Below, piece by piece: positions 9,269 to 17,394 of a DNA stretch of 64,000 nt. Both the position numbers and the translations under genes were made by a program. The stretch is from an uncultured Spirochaetota bacterium (GTDB lineage Bacteria; Spirochaetota; Spirochaetia; SZUA-6; Fen-1364), in NCBI GenBank assembly GCA_963820525.1, contig CAWGAA010000001.1:2400001-2464000 (forward strand), written 5' to 3'. The notes beneath the pieces were generated by a model that did not search any database, was not told the origin of the DNA, and saw only the letters and a list, made by a program, of their open reading frames with translations. How positions within the stretch are numbered: the stretch's first letter is position 1; each line of letters opens with the position of its first letter.

Positions 9269-10008
9269 GACGCTCCCTCCTCCCCCGGCTTCCGCCTGTG
9301 GTCGCCGAGGTAGACACCTTCGACGTCGACGAAGCTTCGGATGTGATCCGGCGTTCCTTCCACTTCGATGCGCCCCGTGTGCAGAAGGTATGCGCGATCC
9401 ACGATGTCGAGGGCCCTCTCCACGTTCTGCTCCACCAGGAGGATGGTCACGCCGCGCTCTCGCAGGCGCACGATGAGCTGGAAGATCTGGTCCACGAGAA
9501 CGGGGGCGAGGCCCAGCGAAGGCTCGTCGAGCATCAAGAGCTTGGGGTGGGACATGAGGGCGCGGGCTATGGCGAGCTGCTGCTGCTCGCCGCCGGAAAG
9601 GGTTCCCCCGGCCTGGCGCAGGCGTTCTCCGAGGATTGGGAAAAGCTGGATCATCTCCTCCAGGTCCCGCTGGAACTCGGCCCTCCGGTAGCGGACGAAC
9701 GCTCCCAGGCGGAGGTTCTCGGCCACCGTCAGGCTGGGCAGGATGTCGCGGCCCTCGGGAACCAGGGCGATGCCCTTGCGGGTGATGTACTCGGGAGGGC
9801 GGCCCTGGATCTGCTCTCCCTGGAAGACGATGCTGCCGGCAAAGGGCTTGAGCGCACCGGCGATCGTGGAAAGGGTGGTCGTCTTTCCCGCGCCGTTCAC
9901 CCCGATCAAAGCCACAAGCTCGCCATCTGCGACGGAGAGCGACACGTCCCGCACGGCGCTTATGGCCCCATAGCGGATCGACACGCCGGCGACGGAGAGG
10001 ATGCTCAC
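9265..10008 (-). CDS. livF: ABC ATPase (LivF-like)
   Basis: Walker A GVNGAGKTT, LSGGEQQ, LDEPSLGLAP, LVEQN. GTG start at 10008 overlaps the livG stop. Confidence 0.92.
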   Translation of the reverse strand: MSILSVAGVSIRYGAISAVRDVSLSVADGELVALIGVNGAGKTTTLSTIAGALKPFAGSIVFQGEQIQGRPPEYITRKGIALVPEGRDILPSLTVAENLRLGAFVRYRRAEFQRDLEEMIQLFPILGERLRQAGGTLSGGEQQQLAIARALMSHPKLLMLDEPSLGLAPVLVDQIFQLIVRLRERGVTILLVEQNVERALDIVDRAYLLHTGRIEVEGTPDHIRSFVDVEGVYLGDHRRKPGEEGAS

Positions 10009-10763
10009 CGCCGCACCTCCGTGGAGCCCAGGTATGCCTCCACCACGGCGGGAATGGCCCTGACGTGCTCCGGGGTCCCCTCGCCGATCGTGCGGCCGTA
10101 GCTCAGGACGTGGAGGCGATGGCAGAGGCGCATGATCAGCCGCATGTCGTGCTCCACGATCATCATCCCGAGGCTCTTCTGCGCGGGGATGGGGGCCAGC
10201 ATCTTCAGAAGCTCGTCGCTCTCCTCCTCGTTCAGGCCCGCGGCGGGCTCGTCGAGGAGAAGGAAACGGGGCTCCATGGCCAGGGCGCGGGCCACCTCGA
10301 CTCTCCGCTCCAGGCCGTAGGGAAGCGCTCCCGCTTTCTGGCTGCCCCAATCGGAAAGGGCAAGCTCTCCGAGAACCGTCTCGGCGCGCCGGCGGGCTTC
10401 GAAGAGCGAGAGGCCCATGCTGACCGCGGCAACCTGGACGTTCTCCAGCACCGAAAGATCGCGGAAAAGTCGTATGGTCTGGAAGGTCCGGGCAAGCCCG
10501 CTTCTGGCGATCCTGAACGCGGGCTTGTTGGTTATGTCGACGCCGCCAACGAGCACCTTCCCGCTGCTTGCCGGCAGCAGCCCCGTGACCACGTTGATCA
10601 AGGTTGTCTTTCCGGAGCCATTGGGGCCGATGAGCCCGAGGATCTCGCCTTGAGCGAGCTCCAGGCTGACGCCATCCAGCGCGCGAAGGCCGGCGAAATC
10701 CTTTGTCACCCCCTCGAGAACGAGGAGAGTCTTTCCATTGCCCGCCGCGTGTATTGAATCCAT
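10005..10763 (-). CDS. livG: ABC ATPase (LivG-like)
   Basis: GPNGSGKTT, ARTFQ, LPYG, LDEPAAGL, VEHDM, VVEAYLG. Confidence 0.92.
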   Translation of the reverse strand: MDSIHAAGNGKTLLVLEGVTKDFAGLRALDGVSLELAQGEILGLIGPNGSGKTTLINVVTGLLPASSGKVLVGGVDITNKPAFRIARSGLARTFQTIRLFRDLSVLENVQVAAVSMGLSLFEARRRAETVLGELALSDWGSQKAGALPYGLERRVEVARALAMEPRFLLLDEPAAGLNEEESDELLKMLAPIPAQKSLGMMIVEHDMRLIMRLCHRLHVLSYGRTIGEGTPEHVRAIPAVVEAYLGSTEVRR

Positions 10764-10775
10764 CTCGTGTGTCTG

Positions 10776-10808
10776 GGATGGGGAGAGGCGCGCGCCCCTC
10801 CCCTATCC
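10776..10808 (-). promoter_or_regulatory. Intercistronic stem-loop after the binding-protein gene
   Basis: GGATGGGGAGAGG...CCCCTCCCCTATCC inverted repeat directly 3' of livK; a typical mRNA-stabilising or attenuating hairpin. Confidence 0.55.
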
Positions 10809-10841
10809 ATCTCTATCTCATTTCCGGTTGAAAGCCGAACC

Positions 10842-12032
10842 CTATGGCGCGGGGATGTCCTTGGGACGGACCCAGCCGATGAACTTGGGTACGGCCTTGT
10901 CCAGCTGAACCAGGGGCGCCTCGATGTCGGGCTCGTGCCCGGTATCCGCGCTGGACCACTTCAGCTTGCCGGTGAGCAGGTTGAACTCCATGCCCTCCAT
11001 GGCCTTGGCCATGGCGGCGCCGTCCGTGCTGCCCGCCTTCTGCATGGCCTGCGTCAGGATCATCACGGCATCCCAGCCCGTTGCCACCCACACGGCATCC
11101 GGCTCGGAGTTGTACTTCGCCTTGTAGGCCGCGAGGAAAGCGTCCATGCTGGGAGTGACCCCCGGAGCGAGGAAGCTATGGGTGTCGAAGTAGATGTCGC
11201 TTCCGTACTTCTCCCCCAGGGCCTTGAACAGCCCGGGGTCGTCATAGGAATCCCCACCGACGATGGGCACGGTGATCCCCGCCTCGCGGATGGTCCTGAT
11301 GATCGTGCCCAGGTCCGGCATGTAGGAGGAGATGAAGATGAACTCGGCCTTCTTGCCCGTCGCCTTCAGGCGCGCCAGCTGCGCGGAGAAATCCTGGGCG
11401 CCCTGCACGTAGGTGTCCTCGAAGATGATCGTGCCGCCCAGCTTCTTGAAGTGCTGGATGAAGTAGCGGCTCAAGCTCTTGGTGTAGTCGATGAAGGTGT
11501 CGGTCACCACGTAGCCGGTTCTCCAGCCCTTCTGGTTGTAGGCGAACTCTGCGGTGGCGGCTCCCATGGTCGTGTTCCACATCGACATGGTGAACTGCTT
11601 GTCGCCGAGGGTCTTGGAGCCGTACAGGGGAGAGGAGGCCGCGGGAGAAATTCCCACGATCCCCGCCTTCTGCGCCTCGCGGCTCGAGGGGCCGCCGAAA
11701 TCGAAATCGCTGGGTGCGATAATGGCCTTGGCCCCCTTCTTGATCAGCTCAATCGCGACGTTTCCCACCGTGACCGGGTCGCTCTTTCCGTCGAGGTTGA
11801 CGAACTCGACCTTGCGTCCCAGCACTCCGCCCTGCTTGTTGACCTCGTCAACGGCGAGCTGGGCGCCGCGGACCGCGGGCTCGTCGAGCGGGGCCTGGAT
11901 GCCGGTAAGGCAGAGGGCGCCGCCGATCAGGATCGATCCGCTTTCCTTCTTGGTCTGACCGCAGGAAAAGAGAAGAATGCCCGCGGCAACGATCGTCACG
12001 ATCAGGCCAAGCCGTTTCAGCTTCTTGTGCAT
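10842..12032 (-). CDS. livK: ABC substrate-binding lipoprotein (LivK/LivJ-like)
   Basis: Signal peptide with lipobox LLFSC; GAQLAVDEVNKQGGVLGRKVE, DGKSDP, DFSAQL. Confidence 0.9.
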   Translation of the reverse strand: MHKKLKRLGLIVTIVAAGILLFSCGQTKKESGSILIGGALCLTGIQAPLDEPAVRGAQLAVDEVNKQGGVLGRKVEFVNLDGKSDPVTVGNVAIELIKKGAKAIIAPSDFDFGGPSSREAQKAGIVGISPAASSPLYGSKTLGDKQFTMSMWNTTMGAATAEFAYNQKGWRTGYVVTDTFIDYTKSLSRYFIQHFKKLGGTIIFEDTYVQGAQDFSAQLARLKATGKKAEFIFISSYMPDLGTIIRTIREAGITVPIVGGDSYDDPGLFKALGEKYGSDIYFDTHSFLAPGVTPSMDAFLAAYKAKYNSEPDAVWVATGWDAVMILTQAMQKAGSTDGAAMAKAMEGMEFNLLTGKLKWSSADTGHEPDIEAPLVQLDKAVPKFIGWVRPKDIPAP

Positions 12033-12171
12033 GCCGTGCTCTCCTTTCGAGTGAGTATCCTGTAGAATATAAGAACCGCAGACCGACGAGAAAAGACCGC
12101 GATTGCCCCGCCGTCAGTCGAGGATAGTACCGCCTCACGCCGCCGCCGTCAATTTGCCGGCCGTTTGCGTG

Positions 12172-13134
12172 TCACTTTCGACCCAGAACCCTCAGGCACA
12201 AGAAAGTCAGCCACCTCGACGGCTCGCGTTTCTGGCCGAACTCCCACTCTTTCCACGCGGTCCACACGGACTCCGCGGTATAGCGGCCCAGAGCGTCCGC
12301 GTTCTTCTCGATGACGGCGAGAAGCGATTTCAGGCCGCGGTCATTGCGCAGCCGGGGGAACTGGGTGAGCACCTCGGCAACGTGAAGGATATCGTACCAG
12401 ACCAGGGGGGCTTTCATCTTCGAGAAGTCGGTGCCCATGAAGAACATGTAGGGATGATCCTTTCGCCGGTTCTCCCAAAGGCTCAGGATCGCCTCGGCGC
12501 CTGCCCGGCTTGCCGGGCCGTCCCTCAGCCGGGGAAGCCGCGCCATCGCCTTGAGCATCACCAGATTTGCGTAGGGGCACGGATCGTCCTTTCTGCCGGG
12601 CCCGCGGAACCTGCCGAGCTCGGGGGAGACCGCGCACGGCCAGCCGTTTTCCCTGACCAGCCCAAGAAGCTTTCCGATTGCCGCCTGAACGCGCGGATCC
12701 TCTGACAAGCCGAGCTTCAAAAGAGCGAAGACGAGTATCGGCGCATCGCAGAGCGCCCATCCCCATTCATCCTTCCCCGTTCCGCCGAAATGCGCCGGGA
12801 TATTCATGAGAACCTGGAATGGCCCGTCCGCCGCCTGATGAGCGACAATGCGGGAAACGATCTTCTCGATACCGGGGTCGTCAGAGCGAAGCCCGATATC
12901 TGCAATGAACGCAAGCTTGTGCACGGGATGTCCCGCGCTCTTGTGGCTGGAGAGAATGGGGCCGGGCCAATCGGCAAGCTCGGTGATGAGCCCGCGAATC
13001 TGGGGATCGTCAAGCATCGCGGCGCGCGATTCCATCACGTCGGGATGGCTTTCAGGCTGCCCCAGGAGATCGCGACGGACGCGATAGCGCACCCACGACG
13101 GCCCTTCCAATAGCCATTGCACGAGATCGTTCAT
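12172..13134 (-). CDS. Conserved hypothetical protein (prenyltransferase/squalene-cyclase-like repeats)
   Basis: Likely start MNDLVQWLLEGPSWVRY. Repeated QAADG/ENGW motifs and C-terminal GQKREPSRWLT resemble an uncharacterised alpha/alpha-barrel family. Confidence 0.65.
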   Translation of the reverse strand: MNDLVQWLLEGPSWVRYRVRRDLLGQPESHPDVMESRAAMLDDPQIRGLITELADWPGPILSSHKSAGHPVHKLAFIADIGLRSDDPGIEKIVSRIVAHQAADGPFQVLMNIPAHFGGTGKDEWGWALCDAPILVFALLKLGLSEDPRVQAAIGKLLGLVRENGWPCAVSPELGRFRGPGRKDDPCPYANLVMLKAMARLPRLRDGPASRAGAEAILSLWENRRKDHPYMFFMGTDFSKMKAPLVWYDILHVAEVLTQFPRLRNDRGLKSLLAVIEKNADALGRYTAESVWTAWKEWEFGQKREPSRWLTFLCLRVLGRK

Positions 13135-13321
13135 CGGCGACAGACGATACACCTTCTGACGCTCCACGCCAAGGAGGTGGGAGCGCCGCGCGCGTCCGCC
13201 GAGGAGCCGTCGGGCGGGCCTTTCCCGGGACGCCGAAGAGCGTCCGGTTGCTGGGGGGCCGCCGCGGTTCGTACATTTGTCCCATGTCATTGTCATGAGT
13301 CTGTTATGTGGAGGTAACGGT

Positions 13322-13505
13322 ATGTCGCTTCTCCAAGTGAACTGGCTCGCCGTCGTGGCAGGCGCGATCATCAGCATAGTCCTCGGATTCCTCTGGTACG
13401 GTCCCTTCTTCGGAAAGATCTGGCGGGGCATCATGGAGACGAAGATGGGAAAGAAGCGGGATCAGATGAGAGGCTCGGGCGGCGTGTACGTCCTGAGCAA
13501 CGCCA
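13322..13505 (+). pseudogene. N-terminal fragment of a DUF1761-family membrane protein
   Basis: GGAGG RBS, then MSLLQVNWLAVVAGAIISIVLGFLWYGPFFGKIW, the DUF1761 signature. After ~60 aa the frame runs into the antisense of the GGDEF gene. Confidence 0.75.
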
Positions 13506-16022
13506 TCTTCCCCGCAGGATCTCATCCCTCGTTCCCCCGTGCTCGGGAAAGACCGCGACGCCGAAGGAGAGCGAGACGGGCCCGAGGCGCCGGTCGGCCA
13601 GCCGCACGTCCAGATCCTTCACCGCCAGCCTCAATTCCTCCGCGCGCTGCCGCGTCGCCTCACGGGAGGCGTCGGGAAGGATCAGGAGGAACTCCTCACC
13701 GCCGTAGCGGCAGGCGAGGTCCCCGCCCCGAAGGCGTGCGCGGAGGAAGGCCCCTATGGCGCGCAAGAGCTCGTCTCCGGCCGCGTGCCCATGGGCGTCG
13801 TTGAACGCCTTGAAGTGGTCGATGTCCAGCATGACGATTCCAACGGGTTGTCCGCCCCGCTCGGACCGCTTGAGCTCCATCAAAAGAGCCTCCTCCATGT
13901 AGCGGCGGTTGAAAAGCTCGGTGAGGGGATCGTGGATGGAGAGGGAACGCAGATCGCTTCTGAGCCTGAGGTTGGAGAGGGCAAGCGCGATATGCTCGGC
14001 GGCCGACACGGCGAGCGAGCGCGCCTGCGCGCCGAGGTTGAAAGCATGGAACAGACCGATGGTCTCTCCCATCGATGTGAGGGGTATGCAGATACAGCCG
14101 GCGCCCCTGTCGGCGGGAGCATGGGCGCAGGAGAGATCCGAAAAGGAGCCGGTGACGGTATTGACGCGCCCGCGCCTGAGCGCCCAGCAGTCGTCCGTCG
14201 CCAGCACGGAGAGCTTCGGTTGGGCGCTCCCCCACTGAGAGGCGACGCTCAAGAACCTCTTTTCGGCGTCGTACATGTACAGGACGCCAGACGTGCCGGG
14301 GAGCAGCCGGGGGGCATAGAGGGAGATCACGGGAAACGCTTCCTCCGAAGAAACGCAGGACTGCAGCAAGTCGCCCGTCTCGTTGAGCAGCACGACCTCA
14401 CGATTGCGCTGGTCGAGCTGCTCTGCCCGTGAGGCGATGCTCTTTCGAGAGGCCTGCAGAGCCCGCTCCAGCCTCCTGTGCCGCGAGACCTGCACGCGAA
14501 GCGCCCGGGTTCTCTCGGCAACGAGCCTCTCGATGCCGGCGGTGCACCGCATCCTCTCGAATACGGACAGCCCCGCAAATGCCGTGAGGAGAAAGCCGCC
14601 TGCCAGGAGAATCCAGGGCTCGGCAGTTCGCCGCCCCCGCGTGAACGAATCCGTCGCGTAGGCGCGGACCGTCCACTCCCTCTCGCCGAAGTCGATGGGT
14701 CCGCTCCAGGAAAGTGCGGGGTGCCGGCCGGGCGTTTCCCAGGTGCTGGAAGCGCGAGAGTGGTGATAGTAGAGAAGACTCTTGTCCGCCGGGGCCGACG
14801 CGTCTCTGATCTCCAGGTCGATGCCGGCGGGACTCATGTCCTTCAAGGCCGATTCCACGAGCGTGTCCACGCGGAAAGCGTACGCGGCGAACCCCATGAG
14901 CGTTCCGGCGGCTCGCCCGCTTCCGTGCAGCGGGCGGACAAGCCAGATTATGGGCTCGGAATCATCGGGCAGCCCGACCAGCCCCGTCGATATCATATGC
15001 CCGGTTATTGCGGCGCGTTGAAGCGTCGAGCGGATCTCGGGAACCGTGAGCAAGTCCAGCCCCAGGATCTGCCCGCTGCGTTCCCGCGGCTCGCTGACGG
15101 CAACGGCGTAGTACTCGCTTCTCCTGCCCGCTACGACGGTCGCGTTCTCACCGGAGAAATCCCTGATCGCGAATGAAGGATCCAGTGCGGCCCGAGCGCG
15201 CGTCTCGAATGCGCCTCGTTCGGACTGCGCCACGCGAAGCACCAGGCCGATCAGAACGTTATCCTCTTCCTGCCACGGCAGCGACTGCACGAGCCTTCGA
15301 AACTCGCCCGCGAACGCCTCCAGCTTGTCCTCCTGGAGCTCGTTGGAGGCCGCGAAGAAGGAGCCCAGAAGGCCGATCTCCACCCTGTCTTCGGCCAGGC
15401 CGGCGCTGATCGCGTTCGCCCGGTCTAAAGCGAGGCTGGTGAAGTCCGCCATGAGGCGAGCGCGCGAGGCGCCGAGAAGCAGGAGAAACGCCGCCACGCT
15501 CACCGTGATCCCGCCGGCAAGGGTGAGCCCGAGGGGCAGATATTTACGCCAGGACGGAAGGATCGCCGCCGCCGCGGGAGCGCGGCGGGCGCCCGCCCGC
15601 GTTTGCGGGGGAGTCACTCCATCCATCCTTCCCGTCTCCAGGGCCCTGGAGAGCCGGGGCACCACGGCCGCGAGATCTTCAACACGAACGGCCCACGTCC
15701 CGCGGGCGGGATGGCTCCCGCCGCGAGGACGCTCGGCGGACGCCGTGGAGACGAGAATGAGAGGGGGTCTCTCGCCCCGTGATTCGATGAGCGGGGGGGC
15801 CGAATCCCCGAAGGACCTCCACAGCCTCGCGCTCGCGACGACGAGGTCCCATGGCTGCCCCGCCAGAGCGGATTCCGCGGCGTTTCGAGAGGCGGTCCAC
15901 TGGGACTCAAGAGCGTATCCGGCGCGCTCAAGCTCCCTCTGGGCTCGCCGGGCCCCCTCTTCGGTCTCGAAGATCAGGAGCGTACGAAGGAGCTTGCTCT
16001 CTTGGGGTTTCTCCGGATTCAT
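13431..16022 (-). CDS. Membrane diguanylate cyclase (pseudo-receiver - TM - CHASE - TM - GAF - GGDEF), C-terminally truncated
   Basis: CHASE motif GLDLL...RAAITG; GAF DCWALRRG; DPLTELFNRR, DIDHFKAFNDAHGH, RGGD I-site, RYGGEEF. The final AD-ALY-AK-GRN helix is missing after ~13510. Confidence 0.88.
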   Translation of the reverse strand: MNPEKPQESKLLRTLLIFETEEGARRAQRELERAGYALESQWTASRNAAESALAGQPWDLVVASARLWRSFGDSAPPLIESRGERPPLILVSTASAERPRGGSHPARGTWAVRVEDLAAVVPRLSRALETGRMDGVTPPQTRAGARRAPAAAAILPSWRKYLPLGLTLAGGITVSVAAFLLLLGASRARLMADFTSLALDRANAISAGLAEDRVEIGLLGSFFAASNELQEDKLEAFAGEFRRLVQSLPWQEEDNVLIGLVLRVAQSERGAFETRARAALDPSFAIRDFSGENATVVAGRRSEYYAVAVSEPRERSGQILGLDLLTVPEIRSTLQRAAITGHMISTGLVGLPDDSEPIIWLVRPLHGSGRAAGTLMGFAAYAFRVDTLVESALKDMSPAGIDLEIRDASAPADKSLLYYHHSRASSTWETPGRHPALSWSGPIDFGEREWTVRAYATDSFTRGRRTAEPWILLAGGFLLTAFAGLSVFERMRCTAGIERLVAERTRALRVQVSRHRRLERALQASRKSIASRAEQLDQRNREVVLLNETGDLLQSCVSSEEAFPVISLYAPRLLPGTSGVLYMYDAEKRFLSVASQWGSAQPKLSVLATDDCWALRRGRVNTVTGSFSDLSCAHAPADRGAGCICIPLTSMGETIGLFHAFNLGAQARSLAVSAAEHIALALSNLRLRSDLRSLSIHDPLTELFNRRYMEEALLMELKRSERGGQPVGIVMLDIDHFKAFNDAHGHAAGDELLRAIGAFLRARLRGGDLACRYGGEEFLLILPDASREATRQRAEELRLAVKDLDVRLADRRLGPVSLSFGVAVFPEHGGTRDEILRGRWRCSGRTRRPSLSSDPASFPSSSP

Positions 16023-16037
16023 GACGTGCCGCGCCTC

Positions 16038-16065
16038 AAAAAAAAGGGGGCCGACCTGCCCCCTA
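16038..16065 (-). terminator. Rho-independent terminator of the RRM gene
   Basis: AGGGGGCAGGTCGGCCCCC hairpin followed by a T8 run on the minus strand, ~25 nt after the stop. Confidence 0.85.
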
Positions 16066-16089
16066 AAGTCCTGAGCTTACGCTCGCCGC

Positions 16090-16383
16090 TTAGTAGCGGT
16101 CGCGGTAGCCGCCGCCGCCGCCGGAAGAACGCTCTTCCCGCGGTTTCGAAAAGTTCACGGTCAGGCTGCGCCCCTCGTGCTGGGAACCGTTGAGAGCCTG
16201 AATGGCGCTCTCCGCTTCCGCCTGGGAGCCCATCTCGACGAAGCCGAAGCCGCGCGAGCGGTCCGTGTACTTGTCCATGATGACCTTGGCGGATTCCACC
16301 GTCCCGTGGCCGGCAAAAAGCTTTTGAAGCTGATCGTCCGTTACGGAATACGACAGGCCGCCGACATAGAGTTTCTTGTTCAT
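16090..16383 (-). CDS. RRM (RNP-1) RNA-binding protein with Gly-rich tail
   Basis: RNP2 LYVGGL, RNP1 RGFGFVEM, tail SSGGGGGYRDRY; strong RBS AAGGAGGAG. Confidence 0.95.
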   Translation of the reverse strand: MNKKLYVGGLSYSVTDDQLQKLFAGHGTVESAKVIMDKYTDRSRGFGFVEMGSQAEAESAIQALNGSQHEGRSLTVNFSKPREERSSGGGGGYRDRY

Positions 16384-16578
16384 GTTCTCCTCCTTAAGGA
16401 GTGTTTTTATCATCGCCCTTTGATACTCACCGGCAAAGGAGCAGAACGTGGCAGGATGAACCTTGCACAGCTGTCTGGTCGGACGTTCCTTCGTGGTATG
16501 TTACGAAAGGTTCGAATGATGGGACTTCCACCTTTGGAAGTCCTACGAAAGACTACACGTCTATTGGAAAATAGTCAA
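16384..16578 (-). promoter_or_regulatory. Promoter and ~160-nt structured 5' leader of the RRM gene
   Basis: TTGACT-N17-TAGTCT at 16578-16550; several inverted repeats in the leader. Confidence 0.6.
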
Positions 16579-16592
16579 CAGCATAACAGAAG

Positions 16593-17129
16593 TCATTCGA
16601 ACACTCTGTCGAACTCTTTTTCGAGGTCGTACGAGTTTCCCCTGTCCAGCGTGATCCGAATGATTTGTTTTGGCTGGGGCTTCAGGGACAGGCGCCAGCA
16701 GATCACCCCGCCCTCATAGTCCACAGCCTTGCTCGCCAGCCAGAACTCTTCCCGGGTGAGAAGAGACGGTATGACGCAGGCGAGCGCCTGATTGTCGATG
16801 CGGAGCCTTCCGCTCCGCCTGTCAAGATATCCCACCGGCTTGTCGGCCGGCCTGAAGAGAATGGAGAGGCGGTCGCCCGGTATCTCCCTGAACACCCGGT
16901 TCCATGCCGTCTTGATGATCGCGTACTTCGAGATGTCCCTGTCCATGATGCTGAACAGGCCGTGCTTCGCCTCGATCTTTCTGTGCTCGCCAAGGTACCT
17001 CGTGTATGCATCCGCCGGATCCGAATCGAAGATCGCCACCTGGATCACGGGAGGGTAGAGGTCCGGCATGACGAGCTCCGGCTGCACGGCCCACCCCTGC
17101 TTCCGCGGACCCTGGCCCGGATCGCTCAT
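16593..17129 (-). CDS. Hypothetical protein
   Basis: Protein-like ORF with host codon bias from MSDPGQG; no family recognised; start uncertain. Confidence 0.6.
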   Translation of the reverse strand: MSDPGQGPRKQGWAVQPELVMPDLYPPVIQVAIFDSDPADAYTRYLGEHRKIEAKHGLFSIMDRDISKYAIIKTAWNRVFREIPGDRLSILFRPADKPVGYLDRRSGRLRIDNQALACVIPSLLTREEFWLASKAVDYEGGVICWRLSLKPQPKQIIRITLDRGNSYDLEKEFDRVFE

Positions 17130-17394
17130 TGCAGCCGCGCTCTCACCACGATCGAGCCGTCGCTTTTCATGTCCCGCCCGCCTCCCCGCCAGTATACTCC
17201 GCAGATAGACAGGCAAGGTAGTGGTGCCCCGCACGCTGCATCCACGCACGCCGCTTGGTCCGCCGCACTCGCGCGCCCATTCCGCGCTGCGATCGCCTCG
17301 TCCCGGAAGGGTTTCCGCTTGACCATCCCCGCACGATCTTGTAAGGATTGAGGGCTGCATCCGCTCAAGAGAGCACTTTCAAAAGGCGGGGAGA

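Noticed and set aside
7323..9317. 664-aa ORF overlapping livH
   Set aside because: The N-terminal half is an alternate-frame read-through of livH; only 7323-8378 is LivM-like.
17320..17394. Possible riboswitch or attenuator upstream of hom
   Set aside because: Only a short TTGAG/CTCAA hairpin; no SAM, lysine or T-box consensus and no Thr-rich leader peptide.
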